This document shows positions 28,250 to 36,832 of a stretch of 64,000 nt of DNA, piece after piece; the stretch's first letter is position 1; each line of letters begins with the position of its first letter. Below the pieces are notes generated by a model that worked only from the letters and a program-made list of their open reading frames with translations, was not told the origin of the DNA and did not search any database. Both the position numbers and the translations under genes were made by a program. The DNA is from an uncultured Planctomycetales bacterium (GTDB taxonomy: Bacteria > Omnitrophota > Gorgyraeia > Gygaellales > Profunditerraquicolaceae): NCBI GenBank assembly GCA_964603585.1, contig CAZRVK010000001.1:207856-271855 (forward strand), in the 5' to 3' direction.

Positions 28250-29755
28250 CTATTTCAAATACCTAAGGACTAAATTAGCCGCATTGATCCCGGAAATAAA
28301 ACATCCGTGCACACCCCCTCCCGGAACAGTCCAGGCACCCGCTAAAAACAACCCGTTAACCGGAGTCTTCTGGGGCAGGCGGTTTATGCTTGACTCCGAG
28401 ACAGTTTGAGCGAACCCATAAATCGCCCCGTCATCAGACAAGGTGTATCTTTGCATGGTTTTTGGGGTCGCCGCATCCATTACCTCGATATTTTTAGATA
28501 ACCCAGGAAGATATTGTTCGGCACGCCGTATCAATTTATCGGCGACCTTAGCTTTTTTCTGCTGATACTCTTGGCGGCTTAAATTGCTCCAATGCGCGAA
28601 ACTATCGAAGGTAATGATCAGTAAACTGCCTTTTCCGTAAGGGACAATGCTGGGATCCACCTGGGCATGATCAGTTAAGATCAATGAACAACGGTCATAA
28701 TCGCCTAAAAGGCAATAATTAAAGTTTTCATCGTGGCTGTAAGAGGTACTGATCGATAACAACCCGTGGTCCATGCCTAAATCCTTTGCCGGTACCTTAA
28801 GCCCTAAATATACCTGAAATGCAGAAATTGACTTTTCCTTAACAGCCAAGCGATGGGCATACTTATCCTTGAGGTCCGCATGATCCAGTAACTGCGTCAT
28901 GGTCTGGATCGCAGAAGCGTTAGAAATTACGGCTTTGGCCTCAAATTCCTGGCCATCAACCGCCAGCACGGATAAGGAATATTTATTATGGGGGATTATT
29001 TTCTTGACCAAGGTGTTGAATCTTACCTGTGAGCCGTTTTCTTTTATTTTATCTGATATCGCACGAAAAAGCTGCAGAAATCCGCCCCGGACATAAGCGG
29101 TAGGATTATAAAAATAACCCCTAAAAACAATAAAGAAATAAAATGCCGAGAGTTTACTTGGCGCCAACCCCATAAACCTCCAGATATCACCAATGATGCC
29201 TTTGAGCCTTTGATCGCCGATATATTTATCCAGCACTCCAGATGCGGAGCCAGAGGACATACTGATAATAGCCGGATATAAAAAAGGGGCAAGAAGCAAA
29301 TTAATCAATTCCGGTAATTTCGAGTTATTGAACCGGTCAAATTGCTGATAAAACCCATCCAGATCAGAAAAAAGCTTCTCGATCCCGTTTTTTTCATGGG
29401 GGAAATTATTCTGTAAGAAAGCGATTAAATGCTCCCTGCTAAAATCCGCGGTAAAATCATGGTCCGGATAAATGATCCTGGCAAAATCTTTAAGCGGAAT
29501 GAATTCCACTTTTCTATCGACACCATATTCCTCAAGGAATTGCCGTATCTCTCCCTGGGGAGCAAGCGCATTCACACAATGTATGGCAGACTCGAAAATA
29601 AACCCTTTACGAAGAAAGGTTGTAGCATATCCTCCAGGAACAGGCTGTCTTTCCAAGACCAGGATTTTCTTGCCGGAAGCAGATAGTTTTAAAGCCGAAA
29701 CTAACCCCGCAACCCCGGCACCAATAATGATCGCATCATAACGCATGATCGTCAC
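28250..29755 (-). CDS. FAD-dependent oxidoreductase, phytoene desaturase (CrtI)-like / amine-oxidase fold
   Basis: 501 aa. The N-terminal dinucleotide-binding motif YDAIIIGAGVAGLVSALKL...LVLERQPVPGGY is present. Length and C-terminal GGGVHG fit CrtI-type enzymes. Confidence 0.7.
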   Translation of the reverse strand: MTIMRYDAIIIGAGVAGLVSALKLSASGKKILVLERQPVPGGYATTFLRKGFIFESAIHCVNALAPQGEIRQFLEEYGVDRKVEFIPLKDFARIIYPDHDFTADFSREHLIAFLQNNFPHEKNGIEKLFSDLDGFYQQFDRFNNSKLPELINLLLAPFLYPAIISMSSGSASGVLDKYIGDQRLKGIIGDIWRFMGLAPSKLSAFYFFIVFRGYFYNPTAYVRGGFLQLFRAISDKIKENGSQVRFNTLVKKIIPHNKYSLSVLAVDGQEFEAKAVISNASAIQTMTQLLDHADLKDKYAHRLAVKEKSISAFQVYLGLKVPAKDLGMDHGLLSISTSYSHDENFNYCLLGDYDRCSLILTDHAQVDPSIVPYGKGSLLIITFDSFAHWSNLSRQEYQQKKAKVADKLIRRAEQYLPGLSKNIEVMDAATPKTMQRYTLSDDGAIYGFAQTVSESSINRLPQKTPVNGLFLAGAWTVPGGGVHGCFISGINAANLVLRYLK

Positions 29756-29762
29756 CGTACAA

Positions 29763-30599
29763 TTATATGCTGTTTAGAAAAGCAATGAACTCCTGGGCAA
29801 CCCGGTCTTTTTCCTTATCAATAGTTATCATATGGTAACTATCTTCAATAACTATCAGGGATTTATTCATAGATCCAATATGATTAAGGACAAACTCGGC
29901 ATTTTTAAGACTGGTCATATCATCTTCTTTGGCGTGAATTATCAGGATAGGGGTTTGCACGCTCTTTAACTCTTTTTTTACGGTTTTAGTAAAAAGATGG
30001 TGCTGGTAAAGGCAGCTCATCGGGAAAAAAGGGCTTCCGAACAATAAAACCTTGTTGCTGAATTTCTTGGCACTGGCATCCTTATAAAACCTCTCAATGT
30101 TCCATCGCAACTCTTCATCTTTTAAACCATACGGCCAGCCTTCCCGGATATCCAGGCGGTTACGAATGAAAGGTATATGCCAGACCAGGTTCATTAAGGC
30201 CTTGCCTTTATGCAAAGCCCAGCCATCATAATATATAGTGGGCGCCAAAGCCACTATCCCGGATATCTGGTCCGGGAACTTATAGGCCAGGTGTATGCTC
30301 ATCAAAGCACCCAAAGACAACCCCCCGACATAAACCCGCAGATGATCTTTTTTTAAAAAATGCAGATCATCGGAGCAGGCCGAGGCAATCTCCTGCCAGG
30401 TAACCTTTTTCAACTCCCCTAAAGTCCCGCAGTGGCGCGGCAATGCATTGCAGAATACCGTATACCCTGCCTGATTCAGTTTCTTACCCAGATAACGCAT
30501 TTCCGAAGGAGTCCCGGTGATCCCGTGGATCAAAAGCACTGCCTTGCCATTATCGCCCTTAAGCAAGAAATTAAATTTCTTAGAATTATTAATAGTCAT
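29763..30599 (-). CDS. alpha/beta-fold hydrolase (esterase/thioesterase/acyltransferase type)
   Basis: The nucleophile elbow is GLSLG. An HG oxyanion region (LLIHGITG) is present. I moved the start to ATG 30597-30599 (MTINNSKK), because the longer track ORF would overlap the divergent gene and its promoter. Confidence 0.7.
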   Translation of the reverse strand: MTINNSKKFNFLLKGDNGKAVLLIHGITGTPSEMRYLGKKLNQAGYTVFCNALPRHCGTLGELKKVTWQEIASACSDDLHFLKKDHLRVYVGGLSLGALMSIHLAYKFPDQISGIVALAPTIYYDGWALHKGKALMNLVWHIPFIRNRLDIREGWPYGLKDEELRWNIERFYKDASAKKFSNKVLLFGSPFFPMSCLYQHHLFTKTVKKELKSVQTPILIIHAKEDDMTSLKNAEFVLNHIGSMNKSLIVIEDSYHMITIDKEKDRVAQEFIAFLNSI

Positions 30600-30655
30600 A
30601 ATGTGGGTTATTATATCATAAAATCCATTGATGTGAATTAATATTGCAGCCTTTC

Positions 30656-30683
30656 CTGACAGATAAAATACCGTATATATAAT
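30656..30683 (+). promoter_or_regulatory. candidate sigma70 promoter of the DUF482-like gene (cTGACA-N16-TATAAT)
   Basis: Plus strand: cctgacagataaaataccgtataTATAATtg. It lies 35 nt upstream of ATG 30719, in the divergent intergenic region. Confidence 0.3.
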
Positions 30684-30718
30684 TGCATTTATCCTGTTTT
30701 TTGCTATACTTCTAATCC

Positions 30719-31849
30719 ATGGCCGATAAAAACAGTTTAACATTTAAGATCAAGCACACCATTAACGACATCCCTGAATCTGCCTGGAGGGACCTTTTTG
30801 ATAAAGGCATAGTAGAAAATTACGGTTATCATAAGACCCTCGAGGAATCCGGGCTGAAAGAATTCTCATTCGCATACCTCACGGCAGAACGCGCAAATAA
30901 GCTTTGTGCGATCGTGCCATTTTTTATCATGGATTTCTCATTCGATACCCTGCTGCCAGATCACTTTAAAAAAATCGCCAAAAGGCTCAAACCATACATC
31001 AAAATGAAAGTGCTTTTTTTAGGCGCCCCGACAACCGAAGAATTTTATTTCGGGCTTTCTTCTGAAGAAAACATAGAGCCGTTCTTTAACCAGGCCATTC
31101 AGGAACTCCATTCGTTCTGCAAGGAAAAGAATGTCTGCGGACTGAATTTTTACAACATCTCCGATAAAAATGCCGCCTTACGCCGGTATTTACAAAAGAA
31201 CGGGTTCATTGAGATGGAAAGCCTGCCCACAACAATGATCGAGATAAAAGCCTCCTCCCTGGATGATTATATCCGCGGCCTAAGCAAAAATATGCAAAAA
31301 GACATCCGCCGGAAGATAAACCGATCACAAAGCCAAGTCCAGCTTACTACCGAAACACGTGATAATATAGACGATATCAGCCAGGAGATATACCGTTTAT
31401 ATTTAAACAATTTCTCTGATTCCGAAGTACGTTTTGAGGTTTTAACCGAGGATTTCTTTCGCAGGATTTGCCGCAATATGCCGAATGAGGCCAAATATTT
31501 TATAACTTACGCCGGAACAAAAATCGTGGCATTCAACTTGTTCATGGCAAAAGACGGCCTTTTTATAGACAAATTCATCGGTTTCGATGAAGAAACCCGT
31601 ATAAAATATCATTTATACTTCACCACCTTCTGCCACAATATCGATTGGTGTATAAAAAACGGCTGTAATTTTTACCAACCGGGAACCACTGACTACCACC
31701 CTAAGCTAAGGCTGGGGGCAAAACTGATCCCCCTTTATAACCAGGCAAAAGGATTCAACCCGCTCTTGCACAATTTTCTAAAATTAATCTCAAGATTTAT
31801 CCAACCGATCAATCTTGACCCATCATTGAAAGAACTTAGAAAACCTTAA
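30719..31849 (+). CDS. GNAT-fold acyltransferase, DUF482/FemAB-like (PEP-CTERM-associated type) family
   Basis: 376 aa. The N-terminal pattern INDIPESAWRDLFDKG...YHKTLEESGL...KLCAIVPFFIMD resembles the FemAB-like/BioF2-like N-acyltransferase family. Overall length and the twin-GNAT architecture fit. Confidence 0.5.
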   Translation: MADKNSLTFKIKHTINDIPESAWRDLFDKGIVENYGYHKTLEESGLKEFSFAYLTAERANKLCAIVPFFIMDFSFDTLLPDHFKKIAKRLKPYIKMKVLFLGAPTTEEFYFGLSSEENIEPFFNQAIQELHSFCKEKNVCGLNFYNISDKNAALRRYLQKNGFIEMESLPTTMIEIKASSLDDYIRGLSKNMQKDIRRKINRSQSQVQLTTETRDNIDDISQEIYRLYLNNFSDSEVRFEVLTEDFFRRICRNMPNEAKYFITYAGTKIVAFNLFMAKDGLFIDKFIGFDEETRIKYHLYFTTFCHNIDWCIKNGCNFYQPGTTDYHPKLRLGAKLIPLYNQAKGFNPLLHNFLKLISRFIQPINLDPSLKELRKP

Positions 31850-33063
31850 AGGAAAGAAGCCTTCTTCATTACCAAACTGGCATTATTACCGCCAAAGGCT
31901 GAAGCGTTATTGAGGGCAATATCGACCTTCATTTGCCTGGCAACATTAGGCACACAATCGATATCGCATTCCGGATCGGGAGTTTGGTAATTAATCGTAG
32001 GAGGGACAATATCGTTTTGGAGTGCCAAAGCGCAAGTGATCGCTTCGATCGCGGAAGCAGCACCCATCGTATGCCCAAGCATGGATTTAATAGAACTCAC
32101 TGCAACCTTACCTTGGATACCCGCAAAAACCGCCTTAATTGCGGCGGATTCGACTTTATCATTAACGGGAGTGCCGGTGCCATGGGCACTGACATAATCC
32201 ACATCTTCTGCCTTGACATTAGCCTGCTTTAACGCATTCCGCATGGACCGGGCAACACCATCAGCTTCTGGTGCAGTCATATGATACGCATCACAGCTTA
32301 AGCCGTACCCGAGGACTTCCGCATAGATCACCGCCTTGCGGTTTAAGGCATTCTCCATACTCTCTAAAACCACAATACCTGCGCCTTCTCCTACCATCAT
32401 CCCTTTGCGGTTCTTATCAAAAGGCTGGCATTTAACCGGCGCTACCGCCAAAAGCCGGTTAAATCCGGTAAAAGCAAGGCGGGAAAAAGCATCCACCCCT
32501 CCGGCAAGCATCATCTCTGCCTGCCCCATGCGGATCAAGTCACAGGCGTATCCGATCGCATAATTCCCCGCAGCACAGGCAGTAGGGATCACCAAATTCG
32601 GACCACTTATCCCTAACTCATTGGCGACATTAAAAGCCAGGACATTTGCCGGATACTGGAAAATAAGCTCCGGGTTTATCGCATTCACTCCCCCTTTTAT
32701 CCAGGAAGAATTAATCACTTCTAAAACTTGAGACTCCCCCATTGTCGTTCCTAAAATCACTCCGGTTTCCCGGTGATCCATGGAAACTGCCTTTAATCCG
32801 GCATCCTTTAACGCCAATTTGGCAGAAGCAATCGCCAGGCATGAAGTCCGGCCCAGATTAGCTATTTTATTCTTTGCAATAAATAATGCCGGATCAAAAT
32901 CCTTAACCTCACCGCCGTTATGCGTTGGATAATTTGAAGTATCAAAAGAGGTGATCTCCGAGATCCCGGAAACACCTTTTAAGAGGGCCGGCCAAAAAGC
33001 ATCCCTGCCAATACCAATCGAAGATATGACTCCTATACCCGTGATTACGATACGCTTATTCAT
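31846..33063 (-). CDS. 3-oxoacyl-ACP synthase (FabF/KS type, catalytically complete)
   Basis: 405 aa. Has the Cys block PTACAAGNYAIG and the His motifs AHGTGTPVND and GHTMGAAS. This is a second KS, distinct from the housekeeping fabF. Confidence 0.85.
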   Translation of the reverse strand: MNKRIVITGIGVISSIGIGRDAFWPALLKGVSGISEITSFDTSNYPTHNGGEVKDFDPALFIAKNKIANLGRTSCLAIASAKLALKDAGLKAVSMDHRETGVILGTTMGESQVLEVINSSWIKGGVNAINPELIFQYPANVLAFNVANELGISGPNLVIPTACAAGNYAIGYACDLIRMGQAEMMLAGGVDAFSRLAFTGFNRLLAVAPVKCQPFDKNRKGMMVGEGAGIVVLESMENALNRKAVIYAEVLGYGLSCDAYHMTAPEADGVARSMRNALKQANVKAEDVDYVSAHGTGTPVNDKVESAAIKAVFAGIQGKVAVSSIKSMLGHTMGAASAIEAITCALALQNDIVPPTINYQTPDPECDIDCVPNVARQMKVDIALNNASAFGGNNASLVMKKASFL

Positions 33064-33068
33064 AAATT

Positions 33069-33527
33069 TTACAATCCCTGGCCATCCATTACATCCTCTT
33101 TAGCACTTAAGGATATCTCTGCCTTGGCGACATCACGGTCTGCAACCTGGGCAAGCGCCTCAACTATCGCCACACCAGACAACATCTTCACCGGAGTTAC
33201 CGTAATTTTAAGCTGATCACCGGGTAAAACCGGGCTCAAATACCTGACCTTAGCTGCACCCAAATAATAAGACATCTTCTTTTGCCCTAAAGCAACGGAT
33301 TTTGCGGAATAAAAAAGCACGATCGCCGCTTGTGCCATTGCCTCCAGGATCAAAACCCCCGGCATCACCGGCTTATCCGGGAAATGTCCGGCAAAGAACT
33401 GCTCGTTCATACTGACATTTTTCACCGCCACGACTTTTTTGGCGGGATCTATCTCCACCACCCGATCGATCATCAAAAAAGGGAACCGTTGAGGCAGGAT
33501 CCTTTGGATTTCCTCGATATTAAGCAT
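33069..33527 (-). CDS. fabZ: 3-hydroxyacyl-ACP dehydratase
   Basis: 152 aa. Has the FabZ hot-dog motifs FFAGHFPDKPVMPGVLILEAMAQ. Confidence 0.85.
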   Translation of the reverse strand: MLNIEEIQRILPQRFPFLMIDRVVEIDPAKKVVAVKNVSMNEQFFAGHFPDKPVMPGVLILEAMAQAAIVLFYSAKSVALGQKKMSYYLGAAKVRYLSPVLPGDQLKITVTPVKMLSGVAIVEALAQVADRDVAKAEISLSAKEDVMDGQGL

Positions 33528-33777
33528 TACTTGCTCCTTTACTATCTAAAAACTGCCTGGCTACCGCCACAGTCTCTTTTAATGTAGTAAGCTGCGCAAG
33601 TTTATCCTCGGGGATCGCGATCTTATATTTTTTCTCTATCGCCGCCATGATCTCTAAGGCCATCATCGAATCAACCCCCAGATCCTCAAAGAACCTGGCA
33701 TCAGGCGTAACCTCTGCCGGAGTTTTTTCAATGATCTCTGCGATGATCCCTCTTATCTCTTCCTCGATATTTTGCAT
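33520..33777 (-). CDS. acyl carrier protein (second copy)
   Basis: 85 aa. The phosphopantetheine motif DLGVDSMMALEI is present. Confidence 0.85.
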   Translation of the reverse strand: MQNIEEEIRGIIAEIIEKTPAEVTPDARFFEDLGVDSMMALEIMAAIEKKYKIAIPEDKLAQLTTLKETVAVARQFLDSKGASNA

Positions 33778-33787
33778 ACATACCCTC

Positions 33788-34534
33788 CTATTTTATTCCA
33801 AGCCCGCCGTCTATGATAATTGTCTGTCCCGTAATATACCCGGAAGCGTCATCAAGCAGGAATTTTACCGCAAAAGCAACATCCTCGGCCTGGCCAAACC
33901 TGCCAAAAGGAATATTTTCTTTAATCACTGTTTTATATTTATCATTCAAAGCAGCCACCATGTCAGTTTCAATAAAACCCGGCGCGACCGCATTCACCCG
34001 GATATTATAAGGCCCCACTTCCTTTGCCAATGATTTGGTAAAACCGATCATTCCGGATTTAGAAGCAGCATAATTGCTTTGGCGCGACATCCCCACCACC
34101 CCGCTCACAGAAGAAATATTTACGATACTTCCTTTTTTCTGTTTGAGAAAAGTCACAATGGCATTACGGGTGACATTGAACATCCCTCCAAGATTAGTAT
34201 CGATCACCTCCTGCCAATCATCTTTGGTCATCATCATTAGCGCTTTATCCCTGGTAATACCAGCGTTATTGACTAAAATATCCAGCCTCCCAAAATTCTC
34301 CAGGGTCTTGCCTACCAACTCCTTCGATTTCTCAAAATCACGGGCATCCATCTGTAATGCCAGATATTTACCCCCTAAAGCCTTGATCTCATCTCCAAGG
34401 TCATTCGCCTGGCTTGTACTCTTTAAATAAGTAAAAACGATATTAGCGCCCTCTCTGGCTAACATTAAGATGATCGCTTTGCCAATACCTCTGGTGCCGC
34501 CGGTAACTATCGCTGTCTTCTGCTCAAATAACAT
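33788..34534 (-). CDS. 3-oxoacyl-ACP reductase (SDR, FabG-like; second copy)
   Basis: 248 aa. Has TAIVTGGTRGIGKAI, NNAGI, and the YAASKSG catalytic motif. Confidence 0.85.
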   Translation of the reverse strand: MLFEQKTAIVTGGTRGIGKAIILMLAREGANIVFTYLKSTSQANDLGDEIKALGGKYLALQMDARDFEKSKELVGKTLENFGRLDILVNNAGITRDKALMMMTKDDWQEVIDTNLGGMFNVTRNAIVTFLKQKKGSIVNISSVSGVVGMSRQSNYAASKSGMIGFTKSLAKEVGPYNIRVNAVAPGFIETDMVAALNDKYKTVIKENIPFGRFGQAEDVAFAVKFLLDDASGYITGQTIIIDGGLGIK

Positions 34535-34536
34535 AT

Positions 34537-35772
34537 TTATCCCCGGAATTTAGAAAATACAGCACTGGCAGTGCGCGCCTGTGATGCACAGCTGTTAACC
34601 AGGACATTGTTCACCTCGCATTCAAGCGTTTTACCCGTAACAAAATTAAGCCCGCATTCTGGATCCGCCTCTGCATAATTAGCCATCGCCGGCACACCCT
34701 GGCGGGTTAAAGCCAACACAGCCTCGATACTCTGCAAAACCCCCCCGGCACTATAAGATTCGCCCACAATGGATTTAAGCGCCGTTACCGGTGGTAGTTC
34801 TCCAACAGAAGAAAAAACGTTTTTTATGGAAATGGCTTCGATCTTATCGGCGTAAACTGTAGAATTGGCGGCAGCAGAGATATAACCGATCTGATCCAGG
34901 CCGATTGCGGATTCTCGGGATGCCATCTGCATTGACTGGGTCAAACCTGCTTGGCCAAAACCCCAGCCAAAACCAGAAACTTCCGCATAGATATTTGCCC
35001 CGCGGTCAACCGCAGATCCCAGTTCTTCCAATACCAATATCCCGGCACCTTCAGATAAAACAATACCATTCCTTCTTTTATCGAATGGACAGCTCAACTC
35101 CACACTCCCCAAGGACGTGCCAGCTAAAAATCCGGTTTTATAAAAACCCAAATAGATCTGCTCGCACAACTCCTCCACTGCCCCAGCCAGGATAAATTTC
35201 GCCCGGCCTAAACGCAAAAAATCATAAGCATATTTTAATGCATCCAGGGAAGCAGAGAATCCGGTCGAGATCGTGGTATTTAGCCCTTTAATGTTGAATC
35301 TAAGTGAAACCTGGCTCGCCGGGGAGTTGATCACCGTGTTAGGAAAAAGAGCGGGATTAACATACTGCGGGCCATCTATCACGGCATCCCGGTCAAAATT
35401 ACTGATACTGCTGACACTGCCCAGGGTATTACCCACAACTACCCCAGCCTCACAGGTATTACTGTCATCCATTATGACCTTTGCGTCATCCAAGGCCAAT
35501 TTGGTCGCGCATAAAAGCAGCTTTGTGCTTCGGTCAAGCGTCCTAAGCCCTTTTGCGCCTAAGATCGCTTCCGGAGCAAAACCCCCTATCTCTCCTGCTG
35601 TTTTTGCGCTAAATCCAGCGGTATCAAACAAAGAAACCGGTTTTATCCCGGAAATAGAATTAAAAACAGCCTGCATAAAGGCATCTTTTCCGACAGCATT
35701 AGAGGCAACTACCCCCAAACCGGTAACAACCACTCTTTTTCTCATGAATTTCCCCTTAGAACTGACATTCAA
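34537..35772 (-). CDS. ketosynthase-like protein lacking the Cys-His-His catalytic triad (chain-length-factor-like partner)
   Basis: It has the KS fold throughout. At the position of the active-site Cys it reads ISTGFSAS, against ATACASG in FabF. At the first His it reads AAANSTV, against AHGTST. At the second His it reads GESYSAGG, against GHLLGAAG. The likely true start is ATG 35743-35745 (MRKRVVVTGLG), with an AAGGGG RBS upstream. Confidence 0.7.
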   Translation of the reverse strand: MNVSSKGKFMRKRVVVTGLGVVASNAVGKDAFMQAVFNSISGIKPVSLFDTAGFSAKTAGEIGGFAPEAILGAKGLRTLDRSTKLLLCATKLALDDAKVIMDDSNTCEAGVVVGNTLGSVSSISNFDRDAVIDGPQYVNPALFPNTVINSPASQVSLRFNIKGLNTTISTGFSASLDALKYAYDFLRLGRAKFILAGAVEELCEQIYLGFYKTGFLAGTSLGSVELSCPFDKRRNGIVLSEGAGILVLEELGSAVDRGANIYAEVSGFGWGFGQAGLTQSMQMASRESAIGLDQIGYISAAANSTVYADKIEAISIKNVFSSVGELPPVTALKSIVGESYSAGGVLQSIEAVLALTRQGVPAMANYAEADPECGLNFVTGKTLECEVNNVLVNSCASQARTASAVFSKFRG

Positions 35773-35787
35773 TCAGGCAATTTGAAT
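35767..35787. promoter_or_regulatory. palindromic candidate operator ATTCAA-N9-TTGAAT at the upstream end of the KS operon
   Basis: A perfect 6-bp inverted repeat lies immediately downstream of the predicted -10 and around the predicted transcription start. Confidence 0.3.
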
Positions 35788-35791
35788 TTAT

Positions 35792-35820
35792 ATTATATCT
35801 CTCTTAAAACTTTATCTCAA
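35792..35820 (-). promoter_or_regulatory. candidate sigma70 promoter (TTGAGA-N17-TATAAT) for the CLF-KR-ACP-DH-KS operon
   Basis: Minus-strand reading: cTTGAGAtaaagttttaagagagaTATAATat. It lies in the 121-bp gap upstream of the CLF-like gene. Confidence 0.4.
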
Positions 35821-35893
35821 GGATTCTTTTTATATGACGCAACCGTTATTTACAATACCAGAACTATCATCCCGGAAGAAAACATATTCAATA

Positions 35894-36832
35894 TCACATG
35901 AGCGCCTCGGCTATCCGGATATTCGTCTGTCCGTTCGTTGCATCAATCTGCCTGTCATCAACATCTTTTGCGCTATACTCTTTCGGATGATCAAGGGTTG
36001 AACAAATCGATTTAAACCTGCCGTGTATCTTTATCCGGGAATACTCCCCGGTAACATCTAATCCAACGATATCCGTATTCTCCTTGAAAAATTTCAGGAT
36101 AAAAAGCAGCTCATCCAGGGAAAAACGGCCTTCCTCCCAGTTGGTCAAGGCATACTTACGGGTCAGACAATCCTTATCAATACTGATATATACCTTATCG
36201 GTGGCAAAGCGCCCTATCATAGAAGACAGGAATTTTCCCATCTCCCTGCCTTTAAGTTCCTGCCAGGATATTTCATTATAATACCAGCTTTTTTTTAATC
36301 CAATAGACAGATTTTGCGGCACATCCCTGAATATTACCCTGGCAGGTTTATGCGAATATGGATAAATCTCCAGCCGGTTATTCCTCATAGCAGCCAAATT
36401 CCCGCTTTCCAAATGCAAAGTCGAAATATCATCAGAGGCTACACCGAATAAAACCACTTTCTCAATGTTTTGTGAGCGTAACGCCCGGCTAACCCAGGAA
36501 CCACATCCGGTTTTCGGAGGCAAGGTATCCCAATCAGGGTGATTATCAAAAACAATCAGGTTTAGAGGCTGACTGAACTGCTCTAAGAGGATGCTGGAGA
36601 TATGATGGAAGTCACCGGACCCAAAGAAAGTTATCCGGTTCTTATCGGAAAAGGCCAGCGCCTGCTTTATCTGGATCTCGGCGTTTTTATCCAGCCAGAA
36701 CCGGCAATCAAGCCCTATTTTCAGCAAATCAACTACTTCGGGATTGAAACGCCTGATAAAATCATCCTGCCTTAAAAGGCTGTTATCAAAATTGAGTATG
36801 CGGATTTGACCGGGAAGTAATCGATTCATCAA
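35894..36832 (-). CDS. arginase/agmatinase/formiminoglutamase-fold (ureohydrolase superfamily) protein, substrate unknown
   Basis: 312 aa. Counterparts of the arginase metal-binding motifs appear in the canonical order. GSGDFHHIS stands for GGDHS, FDNHPD for DAHAD, SIDKDCL for SxDxDxLDP, and GLDVTGEYS for DVVE. Confidence 0.45.
   Translation of the reverse strand: MMNRLLPGQIRILNFDNSLLRQDDFIRRFNPEVVDLLKIGLDCRFWLDKNAEIQIKQALAFSDKNRITFFGSGDFHHISSILLEQFSQPLNLIVFDNHPDWDTLPPKTGCGSWVSRALRSQNIEKVVLFGVASDDISTLHLESGNLAAMRNNRLEIYPYSHKPARVIFRDVPQNLSIGLKKSWYYNEISWQELKGREMGKFLSSMIGRFATDKVYISIDKDCLTRKYALTNWEEGRFSLDELLFILKFFKENTDIVGLDVTGEYSRIKIHGRFKSICSTLDHPKEYSAKDVDDRQIDATNGQTNIRIAEALM

Noticed and set aside
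30600-30743. N-terminal 48-codon extension of the alpha/beta hydrolase ORF
   Set aside because: It would overlap the 5' end and promoter of the divergent plus-strand gene. The internal Met (MTINN) precedes the conserved HG motif at a normal distance.
35273-35785. 170-aa plus-strand ORF
   Set aside because: It is antisense inside the CLF-like KS gene and has no coding-like features.
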